The notes: a model not told the origin generated them from the sequence alone. A stretch of DNA of 64,000 nt from Ophelia neglecta (GCA_965285935.1 OZ260666.1:69316001-69380000), one strand, 5' to 3'; positions 26,823 through 40,609 are shown, numbered from the stretch's first letter. Made by a program: numbers and translations.

Positions 26823-28845
26823 TAATCCTAAATTTTGGACAGGAAATATCGTCCTTTAGGAAGGGTAGAGATTAGAGTTATATGGAATTGCGGCTACGTA
26901 GAATATCTCTTCGCATACTGACAGTAATTTCGGTGAGCTGAACTTGTTCGTTGTAATCGATTCTTAGCTCGCTAAAATGTCGTACTTACAGTATTACGAT
27001 TTCTACCTGATGTTCCTTGTTCATGTAGGATCAGCTGGTAGCGGTCACGATCTATACGGGATTCCCAGCGCTAATTTATTGACGAAGTAACCAGACAAGC
27101 TATGGTAATGGCCGTCCGGTAACTTAGGAATGCTCAAGTTAGTCGAGTTCAGGCTGCTATCAATCAATACCGATACTATCAAATCAATGTCTTATCTTTA
27201 TTATATATTAAGCAATTCATCATCATATATACAGCATTTAAAATGTGTCTTTTCAAGTTTGGGGCGGGGGACTTTATGCGTCGAATTTGAGAGGACTGGT
27301 TTCGCCAAATATGGAAAAAAAGGGGAGCGGATACCCGGCATACAACACAAAATCATTAGTCAGGAAAAGTCTATTTATCCGTATTAGGTTTGCCGATTAC
27401 AAAACGTTTTGGAGGAATGATTACATAAAGTTTGGAAGGACTGATTACATGACGTTAGGAGAAATGATTACTGTAACAGCAAGTTTGGAGGAATAATTAC
27501 ATCTGCTCAGGGGCCTGGTTTGGGGAGAAGGGTTGCATCCATTTTTGGGTGACTGATTAAATCAAGTTTTTGAGTTATAACAAACCTCAAGTTTTGTGAG
27601 ATAGATTATATAAAATTTGGGCGTACAAGTTACACCAAGTTCGGAGGAATGATTGCATTAAGATTTAGAGATATGATTAGTTGCTGCATTAAAAGTCATT
27701 TGTGAGGACGTGGTGCTATTATGTAAAGCGAATGACCCGAGGACACAGTTAGATAATGGGCCAGTTTCATGGAGAGAGATATAGGAAAATTTCGACCACT
27801 AGCGATAAACACTTGTTTCATGTCATTCCCATGGTGAAGGACAATATCTCAGAACATATATTTTCGGTTTTTTTTTTAGTTCTTGCAGTCCGTTTTACTG
27901 TATAATTGTTCAGAAAAATACTCTGAATTTTGTTAGGAACTGCTTCCTTCGTCGAGAAAGATAGGATGCGGGTAATGAGAAAAGCTGAACAAAGGCTCTC
28001 TTACAAGACATAGGATTGGCAATTTATTACTTTAAGTCTATGTGTGAATCTTATTCAATCTGTTTATTGCGTTTCATATTGAAATGAATGAGGACCCTTG
28101 GTGCATCCGCCCTTAATGTTGATTTACCTGTAAACCATTTGGTGTTTTAATCAGAAGCAGAACCATAGATTTCAATGCGATGAGTGTCAGCTTAACATAG
28201 AGGTGGTGCGGTGTGTTTCCTAGCCGAGGGGGGTATGGGACCCAGCCTTATACCCCCACTGGGAGATGTACTAATGACCCACTCTGGAACAACTTTGTGC
28301 AATGAAAACGGGTGCCCTCCCCCCAATCCTCACCCACCCACCCCAGCCCTTGTATCCGCTAGTCTGTTAGTCATATTCACAAGCGGCCTCGCAGAGTTCT
28401 AAGTGTTGACTAAGTAACAATAATAGTCTGCAGGGACCTGGTACCTTCTCTGTGAGCAATACAGCCTCGTTGGCTCTCCTAGAAAATATTCTACTTCAAG
28501 GAGCTCGAGTTTCAGCGTGGGCGGACTCTAGAATGGGTATATATATGATATATAATCAACTGGAGTGGACACCTGACAGACAAAGTCAAATCATTGTCCA
28601 GGAATAGTCCCCTATATCTGTCCGAATTTACAGAAACCAGCAGCACCACACATTAATAGATCAATTTCCATCTCCCAAACAGTAGATAACATGCAAATAA
28701 TTATATATCATTTGCAATACGAAGTAGTCAGCAATTTTCAATGATGAGAGTCACATCAAAAAACAAGCGAGTTAGTGGTCATAGTAGTATAGAGATGAAA
28801 TATGTCCCAACGGAGATAATGGAGGTGTAAGATTTCACGTAATAT

Positions 28846-29445
28846 TTAGAGACTATAGATGACCGTGTGTCAGTATACACTAGATCACAGAGGGCTTAGA
28901 GACTATAGATGGACGTGTGTCAGTATACACTAGATCACAGAGGGCTTAGAGACTATAGATGGACGTGTGTCAGTATACACTAGATCACAGAGGGCTTAGA
29001 GACTATAGATGGACGTGTGTCAGTATACACTAGATCACAGAGGGCTTAGAGACTATAGATGGACGTGTGTCAGTATACACTAGATCACAGAGGGCTTAGA
29101 GACTATAGATGGACGTGTGTCAGTATACACTAGATCACAGAGGGCTTAGAGACTATAGATGGACGTGTGTCAGTATACACTAGATCACAGAGGGCTTAGA
29201 GACTATAGATGGACGTGTGTCAGTATACACTAGATCACAGAGGGCTTAGAGACTATAGATGGACGTGTGTCAGTATACACTAGATCACAGAGGGCTTAGA
29301 GACTATAGATGGACGTGTGTCAGTATACACTAGATCACAGAGGGCTTAGAGACTATAGATGGACGTGTGTCAGTATACACTAGATCACAGAGGGCTTAGA
29401 GACTATAGATGGACGTGTGTCAGTATACACTAGATCACAGAGGGC
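28846..29445. repeat. 50-bp minisatellite, exactly 12 units, essentially perfect
   Basis: Unit TTAGAGACTATAGATGGACGTGTGTCAGTATACACTAGATCACAGAGGGC; only the first unit differs (GACCG). Confidence 0.98.
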
Positions 29446-29495
29446 TGTAAAAAGGTGCCTGAGTAATAACGAAGAAACTGGTATCAAATCTACTA

Positions 29496-29675
29496 CAGTG
29501 AAACCTGCCTTAAAGACCACCTCTACAAACCACCTACCAATTCAGACCACTTATACTTATATAAAGACCTTAGTATACTCTATCACTGTAAACTAAACTG
29601 TGTAAAAAGACCACCTCTATAATCAGACCAGTATATGCCAGTCCCTTGAGTGGTCTTATTTCACAGGTTTCACTG
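29496..29675 (+). mobile_element. MITE family A
   Basis: TA|CAGTGAAACCTG...CAGGTTTCACTG|TA. Confidence 0.92.
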
Positions 29676-31690
29676 TAGATTATCTAAGCTTAGCTCCCCC
29701 ACTCTCAATGAGACGGACCTGCCGTTTAATGTAGAAAAGGTGTTTGGATTTAGGCCGATTTCCTCCCTTGTTCCCTGGTAACCAAAGACCAGCTCCTGAT
29801 CGGATTTAATATTGAGGGATAGTAATGGGAATGTTGGGAAGATGAATTTGTAGGATGAGGGCGAGGCGAGAGAGGGTATGGAAGGAAGAATGGGAAGAAG
29901 GGGAAGAGATTTATGTATTATATATCTAACAACACAAATAGATTAGATCACCATGATAAATCTCCACCAAGTTGGTGCAGGGACCGAACCAGATAAAAAG
30001 CATTAGACCATGGCCCGCCCGCAAACAACCGAAGCAGGGGCTACATTATCAACGCACATTACGATACCAGCATATTGGTTCTTTACCACTTTACCTCACA
30101 GGACCGCCGACTCAGTGTACCTGTCGACAACTGCTCAAACATCGTTAACGCTGCTCTAATTGCTCGAATTTGAGCAGGTGCTCAACCCGAGTTCAAAGTC
30201 CTGTGGATGGTCTTGTTAGATCACATATGGAGCGCTTTGCACGTATCGGGGAAAGCCTTGTTTATTTTCACTTGATATTCAAATGCGGGTTTGGGGAGGC
30301 CACGGGGTCCCACCTTTCTCTAAAGAGCGTCTTTAGAATGGGAGGCCATACTCCCAGAAGGGCTCAAAGGCTTATGAGCCCCCACCTTCCGCTCCCCCTC
30401 CATCTTGTTTTTTTTTTTGTAAACTCTACATCTGTCAGTAATATTTTATCATATGGTTGCAATGAACTCAAAACGACCTCCCCGTGTCTGACTAATGACA
30501 AAAAACTGATTAATGTGCGTTGATGGTTTTCTGAGACCCTGCTCGTGCTTAATCTGCAAGAGATTTAGATTTGTTTCCATTCCTAAAACACTAACTTGGC
30601 AGAAAATGACGCCATGATCTAGCGTTTTTGTTTTTTTGTTCTTATTTTAGTTTTGTTTTTATTTTTGCTGTCGACACGTTCCAAAGTTACCGGAATGTTC
30701 CGATATATTTTGCATTCTCCATATTAAAAAATTGGTATTTCCAAAATGGAAATTTAATAGATATAGTTCGGTTTTTTTTAAAGCTTTAGTTTTATTTGTT
30801 TTCATCAACCTACTGTAAACAAACTGAACAGCTGCGTTTGTATCTAAGTAAATGTATCTGGCTATCAGGGAACTTTTTATTATTATTAATTAATTACAGT
30901 GCGTTTAGGGCTACCCTGTGTTGGAGAAGCCAATATTCCAGTTTCTACGGTAGCATCGTCCCTGTGGACTTGTGCAAGCGGCAAAAATTCTTCTCTGAAT
31001 ATGTGCAAGTTCATAGTCGGTTGTTTTCGCTCATATTTTAATTTCGCACAGTAAATGTGCTTATTACGGCCAAGTTGTTTACTTAAATTATACGTAAATT
31101 GCCCCTCTGTTATAATTTGCACGGAATAAGGCTATATCCTGTTCGGAATTAGCCCACTCCCTGCGCGGATTTAAACGATTAGGGACATAACCCGACATAA
31201 CCTATTCATATGTTTGATGATCTGGGATTTTCTTCATGGCGGAATGAGCTTTACTTAGAGGCGGAGGGGGGGGGTGGGGGCGGGGGTGATGGGGGGCTGT
31301 CCTAAAGATCATTTAGCAGTATAGGGGCCCTTAGTATTAAAGTATCGCCCAGCTCTCGAATTTCTTCATGATCCCTGGAGTAATGATATACTTTTTACTA
31401 TGCTTAAATAATGTAGTAAAACTTTTTTTTCCAACTTGATAATTTCCTTACAACTTTTTTGTTTTCGCTATATGGGCCTATCCTGATCCTGAACTTAGTT
31501 TGTCTCCGCCTAAATAAACATCAACAGTGGCCGTTTTTACAGCACCTGGTGTCGTTTTACCTCCTGGAAACACTTGAAGAACACGAAATGATTCTGTAAT
31601 ACAAACTGACAGGTTTCTACATACGATATCACTTGTCTATCATTAACACTCCCAGCCCAGGGTCGGCTCGAGAAATAAGGAAAGAGGAAG

Positions 31691-32200
31691 GGGGTCTGCT
31701 GTCAACGGGGAAGGGTGGGGCAGGGGTCCGCTCTCGCTGGGGGAGGGAGGGGGGATCCTCTGTCAACGGGGAAGGGTGGGGCAGGGGTCAGCTCTCGCTG
31801 GGGGAGGGAGGGGGGAAGAAGTCCTCTGTCAACGGGGGAAGGGTGGGGTAGGGGTCCGGTCTCTCTGGGGGAGGGTGGGGGGATCCTCTGTCAACGGGGG
31901 AATGGTTGGGCAGGGGTCCGGTCTCTCTGGGGGAGGGTGGGGGGGGGTCCTCTGTCAACGGGGGAAGGGTTGGGCAGGGGTCAGCTCTCGCTGGGGGAGG
32001 GAGGGGGGGGGTCCTCTGTCAACGGGGGAAGGGTGGGGCAGGGCTCCGCTCTCGCTGGGGGAGGGTGGGGGGATCCTCTGTCAACGGGGAAGGGTTCGGG
32101 CAGGGGTCAGCTCTCGTCGGGGGAGGGAGCGTGGGAGAGGGGATCATCTGACAAGGGGGAAGGGGTCCCCTCTCTCCGGGGAGGGGGTGGGGGCAGCCGT
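31691..32200. repeat. G-rich ~60-66-bp tandem repeat with G-quadruplex potential
   Basis: TCCTCTGTCAACGGGGAAGGGTGGGGCAGGGGTC..CTCTCGCTGGGGGAGGG, about 8 copies. Confidence 0.9.
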
Positions 32201-32904
32201 CATATGGGAGTGGAATAGGGGTCCGCTCTCGCCGAGGGGCAGAATGCGGGCTACATAATCAATTTCAGGTAGCTAAAAACCCACCAAACCCAAGACATAA
32301 TTACAGCAGCATATACAAATTTGAATGGCTAATATATGTTCTCGGATAAAAAGGAGATAAGATAATATAAGATTTATTTTCAAACTAGCAGTAAGAAGCA
32401 CTATATACCATTGATAACGTTGAGACGGGCGTGTTTTTGTCTGATTCTAAAAGCTTCTAGACAAAAATACTCAGCTGTTATCACCGCCAGGGGAGGGGGT
32501 GGTGCGTTAGTGGACAAGAAAAGTGCGCAGGCAGACTAGTCTTATTAAACATACTAAATGATGGGCTTCCTGTTCTGAGTGGTGAGTGGCAATAGCCTCC
32601 ACTCTCGTATTGTTCTCGAGGGACTGCTCGTGTTCATTAAAAGGAACAATGTTAATGTATCGTCCACAAAATGGTGAGGTAAGGATTCGGTTTTCTTCGC
32701 CTCACCATTGACTATTTGATGTTCCAATCTTTTTTTTTCGATTCAAATTATTTACACATGCAATATAGAATAAAAGGTGTGGTCAGGACGCCGACACTAG
32801 CACGGCTGTTTCGTCCAACTCTCTGTGGTAATCATTAAGTCTTAATAAACAAAAAGATCAAAACGAAAAAAATATATATACAACCTGTTAACTGCTAGCC
32901 GAGT

Positions 32905-33230
32905 TAGAGGATCACTATGTCAAAAACTAATAAACCACGATGCGAGTTTGATTCCAATGCCATGGTGATAAATTTGGGCCTCTTATTGCGATGCGACAGG
33001 ACATCAAAATCCTTTGAAAAGTGTACGATGTTTATATTCGATGATGTGCCATTCCTAAAGTGCTTATTGAATTTTGAATTTTTGATATTTTCATTAGCAA
33101 TGAGGTGTTACTGGAACAAAGCCATGCAAAAAGTACAAAACAAATGACTAGGAATATATTACTGAAATAATCAATTATCTTGGCAAGTTGAGAACAAAAT
33201 GTTAAAGCTTTGTCACACTTGAACAAATTT
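32905..33230 (-). pseudogene. Decayed CR1-type LINE reverse transcriptase fragment
   Basis: Minus-strand translation gives LHGF, VHFSKDFDVLSHR and YHHGIGIKLASWFISF, matching QHGF / DFSKAFDxVxH / YGIxGxxLxWIxSF in order. Confidence 0.65.
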
Positions 33231-33248
33231 ATTCTTCGAGCCCACCAA

Positions 33249-35353
33249 TGGTTAGGACAATGTGATATTAAAATGTGTTCTTATAGGTGTTTGGTTAGGA
33301 CAATGTGATATTACAATGTGTTCTTGTGTTTGGTGAGAAGAATGTGATATTATAATGTGTTCTTATGTGTGTTTGGTTAGGACAAAGTGATATTACAATG
33401 AGTTCTTGTATGTTTGGTTAGGAGAATGTGATATTACGATATGTTCTTGTGTGTTTGGTTAGGAGAATGTGATATTACAATATGTTCTTGTGTGTTTGGT
33501 TAGGACAAAGTGATATTACAATGAGTTCTTGTATGTTTGGTTAGGAGAATGTGATATAACAATATGTTCTTGGGTGTTTGGTTAGGACAAAGTGATATTA
33601 CAATGTGTTCTTGTGTTTGGTTAGGAGAATATGATATTACAATGTGTTCTTGTGTTTGGTTAGGAGAATATGATATTACAATGTGTTCCTATATGTGTTT
33701 GGTTAGGCCAATGTGATATTACAATGTGTTCTTGTGTGTTTGTTAGGAGAATGTGATATTACAATGTGTTCTTGTGTTTGGTTAGGACAAAGTGTTATTA
33801 CAATGTGTTCTTATATGTGTTTGGTTAGGGCAATGTGATATTACAATATGCTCTTTTGTGTTTGGTTAGGCCAATGTGATATTACAATGTGTTCTTGTGT
33901 GTTTGGTTAGGAGAATGTGATATTACAATGTGTTCTTGTGTTTGGTTAGGACAAAGTGATATTACAATGTGTTCTTATATGTGTTTGGTTAGGGCAATGT
34001 GATATTACAATATGTTCTTGTGTGTTTGGTTAGGACAAAGTGATCTTACAATGTGTTCTTGTGTTTAGTTAGGACAAAGTGATATTACAATGTGTTCGTA
34101 TGTGTGTTTGGTTAGGACAAAGTGATCTTACAATGTGTTCTTATATGTGTTTCGTTAGGAGAATGTGATATTACAATGTGTTCTTGTGTGTTTCGTTAGA
34201 ACGAAGTGATATTACAGTGTGTTCTTGTGTTTGGTTAGGACAAAGTGATATTACAATGTGTTCTTATAGGTGTTTGGTTAGGACAAAGTGATCTTACAAT
34301 GTGTTCTTGTGTTTGGTTAGGAGAATGTGATATTAAAATGTGTTCTTGGGTTTGGTTAGAAGAATGTGATATAACAATGTGTTCTTGTGTTTGGTTAGGA
34401 CAAAGTGATCTTACAATGTGTTCCTATATGTGTTTGGTTAGGACAAAGTGATATTACAATGTGTTCTTGTGTTTGGTTAGGACAAAGTGATCTTACAATG
34501 TGTTCTTGTGTTTAGTTAGGACAAAGTGATCTTACAATGTGTTCGTATGTGTGTTTGGTTAGGACAAAGTGATCTTACAATGTGTTCTTGTGTTTAGTTA
34601 GGACAAAGTGATATTACAATGTGTTCGTATGTGTGTTTGGTTAGGACAAAGTGATCTTACAATGTGTTCTTATATGTGTTTGGTTAGGAGAATGTGATAT
34701 TACAATGTGTTCTCGTGTGTTTTGTTAGGACAATGTGATCTTACAATGTGTTCTTGTGTTTAGTTAGGACAAAGTGATATTGCAATGGGTTCTTGTGTGT
34801 TTGGTTAGGACAATGTGATCTTACAATGTGTTCTTGTGTTTAGTTAGGACAAAGTGATATTACAATGTGTTCCTATATGTGTTTCGTTAGGGCAATGTAA
34901 TATTACAATGTGTTCTTGTGTTTGGTTAGGCCAATGTGGTATTACAATGTGTTCTTATATGTGTTTGGTTAGGAAAAAGTGATATTACAGTGTGTTCTTG
35001 TGTTTGGTTAGGCCAATGTGATATTACAATGTGTTCTTGTGTGTTTCGTGAGGCCAATGTGATATTACAATGTGTTCTTGTGTTTGGTGAGAACAATGTG
35101 ATAGTATAATGTGTTCTTATGTGTGTTTGGTTAGGGCAATATGATATTACAATATTTCTTGTGTGTTTCGTTAGAACGAAGTGATATTACAGTGTGTTCT
35201 TGTGTGTTTCGTTAGGACGATGTGATATTACAATGTTTCTTGTGTGTTTGGTTAGGCCAATGTGATATTACAATGTGTTCTTATATGTGTTTGGTTAGGG
35301 CAATGTGATATTACAATGTGTTCTTGTGTGTTTCGTTAGGACGATGTGATATT
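33249..35353. repeat. ~2.1-kb minisatellite with variable unit length around 39-45 bp (~50 units)
   Basis: Core TGGTTAGGACAAAGTGATATTACAATGTGTTCTT plus a variable GT/AT linker. Confidence 0.97.
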
Positions 35354-36916
35354 TCACATATCGCAATTGAGGAAACAAACCTTCATGGTCAATTATAAGC
35401 AGTTCGTACTATTTTAGCCACACCGACCTGGCATGCAAATCCAGTGCAAATGTAGCTTTTGCTATGAATAGATCAATGGGTATTTTTTTAGTGATTTCAC
35501 TTTGACAATATAATCTAATCCAAAATTTAAAGAATCATCAGATGCGTAACCTAGTCTTTTCTTTGCATCTAGCTGCTGAATTTTCAGTCTAACTTAAAAT
35601 TTCCCTTATTGAACTTATAATAATTGTCAATCTCAATGCTCAGGTAAACATTAAATTCGAAACAAAACTGTTGCTGGATAAATGAACAAAATGTATTTGA
35701 AACCGTTATTTGTCTTTTTAAAGCTATTATATATAAACGTCTATATATATTATATATACCAAGATTCGTAGTCTGGTTCAGATAAGTTATATTTGTTTTG
35801 GTAAAAGTGACAGAGTCATTCTGTTGACTAACGTTTTCTCAAATGCAAGAGGGGCGCGGGGGGGGGGGGAGGAGCGGAATACACAGCCACTGTCAAATGT
35901 TTCCTTCTGAAGGTCATACATAACATCTCTGGGCCTTACAACCTCCCTGTTATCACCTCTCCACAGAGAACTTACACATGTAGACCGTCAAGTTTTAAAC
36001 CACATGGCACTATGGAACAAGGGCGATCAAGGATGGCGTGGCAACATTATTAATCCATCTAAATTGACTGACGCCCCCAAGATCGCGCGATATTTCCAAT
36101 CATATATTTTTATTTCCGGTTTGGTAGAAAAATGTAGCATCTAAAATCATATAACTATTACCATCTTTTTGTTGTGGTGCCTTGTTGAAAAAACACTGAT
36201 GGCTTAAGCTCCCTGTAAACCGTTTTATGTGTGTGATGGGTTTCTTGGAGGTCTGAGACAGCATAGAATGTGAAGGGTTAAGGCTTATCAATCATCTTTT
36301 TTATATAAATACCATAAGATAAGACAATTAATATCATTCACTTGTCGGGCAATATTTTGTAACTGGCTTGTGGCCAAGGTTAAATCAAGTGGGGTGAAAA
36401 AACCTGCCACAAGGTATTTTACGCATTTACACTATTTAACTTCGTAAATAGCTTGTTACCCAATACTGCCCTATCAATGACATAGCGACATATGTACTAA
36501 TTATTTAAAACCTAAAGACATACAGACACAAACAGACACACATTTGAGAACATCAACGATTTTGAACTTTTCTAGCAATGATTTTTGAATTATTTGAATA
36601 AAAACCCGTCTATTTAGCTAGCAATGTAAGGAAACACCACTTCATTGGTAGACAAACATTATTTATTATTTAAAATGTAGATCCATTTGATGTTTGAACA
36701 TACATTTTGTATATTATAAAAGATCTGATAAAATCTTAGTCTAGAAAAAACATACAAACAGAAACAAACTGCCATTTTTTATAAATAAAATAGATTTGAA
36801 CATAGTCTGTCATATCTCATGAGAAATGTGACTGGCAAAACGATCATCGTTAAAAGTTGAGATCCACCAGACATTGCCTAGTGCTATGTCTATTTGTTAA
36901 GAATATGTATATAATA

Positions 36917-37097
36917 CAGTTAAACCTGTCTAATCTTGTCAGTCAAGGGACTGGAAAAAACTGATCACATTATGCAGGTGACCTTAATAAGCAGGACAGT
37001 TAACACAGGCATAAATGGGGACTTGTTGCTTTTATTAAGTGACCTTAGTGGGCAGGTGACCTTATTACACAGTTGAACACAAACACAGGTTTCACTG
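36917..37097. mobile_element. Tc1/mariner/pogo-type MITE, family B
   Basis: TA|CAGTTAAACCTG...CAGGTTTCACTG|TA. Confidence 0.88.
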
Positions 37098-37346
37098 TAT
37101 ATTGGTCACATTCTGTTAATAGGTACGTGTTTATATATGTACGAATGTGTATAAAAATACCAAAATACCAAACAAGAGAGCAAACACCAACAAAATAATA
37201 AACATACCGAGAGCCAACTCATATACCATTCAAATCCATACTATATATCATGCATTGTCGGACATTTAATTTCTTTTATTAAATAGATATCGCCTGGATC
37301 CATATCGCCGTCACCGACGAGAAGGGGACTCTTGGAGAACCATGTC

Positions 37347-37565
37347 GGCTTTGTGTTAACGGCGAAAGCGACAGCTTTTGCGAAAGCAGCATTGGTGACA
37401 CAATAATCTAAAATATCCGTTATTTTATAACCCAACCCTAACCTAGACATCTCAGTTTTGTTTTTGAAATAAATGGGTAAGGGTAGGGTTATTATTGTGT
37501 TCATATTAGCTCAATTTAAGAGGCCATGCGGCTTTCGCCGAAGCTTTCGCCGTTAACACAAAGCC
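37347..37565. mobile_element. MULE-like MITE (homolog of 62761-62985)
   Basis: Perfect 23-bp TIR GGCTTTGTGTTAACGGCGAAAGC; flanks AACCATGTC/CCCCGTGTC match 6/9. Confidence 0.85.
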
Positions 37566-37924
37566 CCCCGTGTCCCCTGGTTCTATAAGGCCCTACCCAT
37601 TAACAAGGGGCTTCTGTCCCCCGGTCCCCCTGGAGCCACCATGAAGTTCACAATAATAGCTATATCCATTTGTAACCCACTGCTAGGCCTGAGCATTGTC
37701 TCTCACACCGGTGAATCTCTGTTTTCTACAGAACATTAAACTTTGTTTTTGTAAGTTATTAACAAGGTACCAGGTATCTCCAGCCGCAGGCTCTATATCT
37801 CAGGAAATTAAGGGCTATTCTTACAGATTTATGTATCTTGCTCATTGGGCCTGTAACAATAAAACTGTTGCGTTCCGCCCCATTACTGGGGGGCTGGAAT
37901 GGTTTATATGCACAGACAGGATAT

Positions 37925-38115
37925 CAGTGGCAGATCCAGGATTTCAGGGAGGGGGGGGGGGGGCAAAATTGTTCAAGGCTGACAAGGCAAATGTCTGGAT
38001 TGTCCCTGTTTCCAACCTTCTGAAAGCACCTTGCGTGGGTCCAGAAATAGGCCCTGATCCAGGCCCACTTTTTGGCCCCTTGCCTCCCCCCCCCCGCCCC
38101 CTGCATCCGCCACTG
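37925..38115 (-). mobile_element. CAGTGGCGGAT-ended MITE, 6-bp TSD GGATAT
   Basis: GGATAT|CAGTGGCAGATCCAG...CATCCGCCACTG|GGATAT. Confidence 0.88.
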
Positions 38116-39222
38116 GGATATATTGTTTTAGGAAACATAGCCAGGTGATACTTTGATGTTTAAGCGAGGCAGGCGATAATAGATGTAACAGTGTGTTATA
38201 ATATTTGTTGTTGTCAAAGCTGGTCCTAATCGTCTGCAGTTAACTAAGTAACGACCTCCCACCACCTTCTCTGTGTCTGAGCGATCTGTGTGTTATATTT
38301 AATTATACTCGTTAGTTACCAACCAGTCGCTATTAATAGAGAAGGTCCTGACTCCTAACTCCCGGGGGGGGGGGGAGTTGGGGGCGGGGGTCTTCCAACT
38401 GAATGTGCCCCTAAGCCTCTGGAAAGGGACCCTCTGTCTCATAGGTATTTGTCTCGTATTAATTATGGAACCCCCCCCCCCCCTATCTTCGGTACATGGA
38501 ATGACCTAAGTGTATAAAGGGAGGGATGGGTTATCACGGGAGGCTAGCCATCATAAAACATTAATACGAGATAAATATCTGTGCTTTGATTGTGCCTCCT
38601 ACAAGGCCTGTGACCGAATTCAAAAGCAGTACGAGCTAAGGACCTTTCTACAAGAGGGTGGACGCCACAGGTTTCGGGCCGAATTATTATGGACACCCCC
38701 ACCATCGGCAGCCTACCCTTTCTATTCTACCCCCCCCCCCCCGGCCCTACTACCACCACACTCAACCGATGTACAAAACATACACGCCACATGAAAGGGA
38801 CCCCCCACCTTAAACTAGGAAAATCTAGCTCCTTCAGTGGAGAGGCTAATTTCGGTAATTTATGCAAACTTCAAAGGAACGGTTTATGGGAATGAAATAG
38901 GCAATTTAACGACTCGGTGGCTGCAGGGTGTAGACAAGTACTGATCGGTTCACTATTTATTGGATTTTAACATTACAATGCAGCAGACTGCTTAGACTTC
39001 TTGTCACCTTTGGATGAATCTGGTCACATTAAACACATTAAAACGCATTAAAACGAATTAAAACGCATTTAAACGCATTAAACTTACCTTAGGAATATAG
39101 CGTGCACTTTTCGATAATTTTATTACCGATTATTCTGTTAAAAGCAAGTACAATAGAGGCGGATTTAGGTGGTAGGCTTGGCACTAGGTGTCGCTCCCAT
39201 GTCTATAGCGGGCCTCCCTCAG

Positions 39223-39456
39223 GGCCAGGTTACTGGAAGAGGTCTTAAGTCTTAATCTTAACTCAGAATTAAAGTGCTTTATCGGTTTTAGCTGTGTAAT
39301 TTTGGTTTCTGGAAGCTGGATTTGGTCCTGGTCATTTTGGCCTTAAACTTAGAATTGGTCAATGAACACACGGATTAACGGATTAACGCGGTCTCAGTTA
39401 ATCGATAATAGGATGAGCTAATCCCTACACTTTAGACCGATTCCAAAAACCGGGCC
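39223..39456. mobile_element. Harbinger-like MITE, inverted homolog of 1480-1696
   Basis: GGCCAGGTTA...AAAACCGGGCC ends; internal reverse-complement similarity to 1500-1545. Confidence 0.6.
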
Positions 39457-39998
39457 CTCGGGGATCAACTATAGACGCAACAAGCGTATAGTTCACCAAT
39501 TGGCGGATTGCACACGGACGTATCTAAAATAGAGTCCACATTCCAGGACTTGATGCACAACAACTAATGGTTCGGGGGATTTTTATAATTTTAATACATG
39601 TACTACGGATAAACTAAAAATTCGCTTCAAGGTGGAACAGTTTTTGGGGTAACATTTGCACACTTATGCCCCTGTTTGCCCCTTTTTAGCGGCCGCTATT
39701 CTATGATTATATGATTCTAATCACCCCACTGTGTGCCTCCCCCCCCCCCTCCTGATTCTCAGAGATAGATCCGCCTACGCCACAGGACATTAAGGCCCTC
39801 GGAGCTGCACGTGTGACATGATACTTTAAGTCTGTCCCAGTTTGTTGTTGTCACACAAGCCTCCAGGTGATTTGACGCACACGGGATGGCTGGTGACGCA
39901 GGTACTGTCATTGTTCGGCGGCCAGGTGTGTCTGTGTGAGGAAATACCACTTGTAAAAATCACAGGATGAAGACTTGATTATTTTATTGGCGTAATGT

Positions 39999-40398
39999 CA
40001 CTGGCGGATCCAAAGTGGAGACGCCATTTGGCTAGCAAGTATTTTTAGAGGGGTCCTCGATGGTGTGTGACGGGTGCCTCCTGCTAAGGGTGGGTATGGT
40101 GTCTAAGTCCCCAGATTTCCTCTGGGGGAAGGCACCCATCACACACCCTCAATAAACCTCCACAGCCCCTTCTGAGAGGAGGCACCCATCACACACCCTC
40201 AATAAACCTCCACAGCCCCTTCTGGGAGGAGACAGCCATCATACACCCTCTCTCAACCCCCACAACCTCTTCTGGGAGGAGGCATCCATCACACACCCTC
40301 CATACGCCCCCACAACCCCTTCTTAGATAAACCGCCAGTCAAACACCCACACCAGGACACCAAAAACGAACCTTTCATGAAATCTGGATCCGCCAGTC
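39999..40398. mobile_element. TIR element carrying ~60-bp tandem repeats
   Basis: CACTGGCGGATCCA / TGGATCCGCCAGTC termini, flanks AATGT/AATGC, and 3-4 internal GGCACCCATCACACACCCTC units (40125-40330). Confidence 0.75.
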
Positions 40399-40547
40399 AA
40401 TGCTAACATCCATCGATTCAGTTATCTACCAAGACTCTAATATAATCATCAGTGATTGATATAATGAGTAAGTGTCATTATCTTATGTATTTATGTCATG
40501 CGTGTTAGGGTATTATTCACATAAAGCATAACTGAGCATTCTCCTGC

Positions 40548-40609
40548 ATTGATTGATTGAAATACATTTATTCTGGACGCCAGCTATAGCATCTGCCGTT
40601 TTTGCTGGC
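40548..40609 (-). promoter_or_regulatory. LINE 3' end: stem-loop, poly(A) signal and (TCAA)n tail
   Basis: GCCAGC (40579-40584) pairs with GCTGGC (40604-40609). On the minus strand this is followed by AATAAA and TCAATCAATCAAT, the usual CR1/L2 3' architecture. Confidence 0.7.

Noticed and set aside
31633-32258. Gly-rich ORFs
   Set aside because: Translations of the G-rich tandem repeat
3998-35353. CRISPR-like arrays
   Set aside because: All arrays are head-to-tail tandem repeats without unique spacers, there are no cas genes, and the context is eukaryotic
35900-36360. Possible decayed APE endonuclease (DGVATLL and similar fragments)
   Set aside because: Motif matches are too weak and fragmentary without a profile search
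37241-37504. Near-identical small ORFs here and at 62703-62918 (MNTIITLPLPIY...)
   Set aside because: The similarity comes from the shared MULE-like MITE and stops at the element boundary; not a gene family
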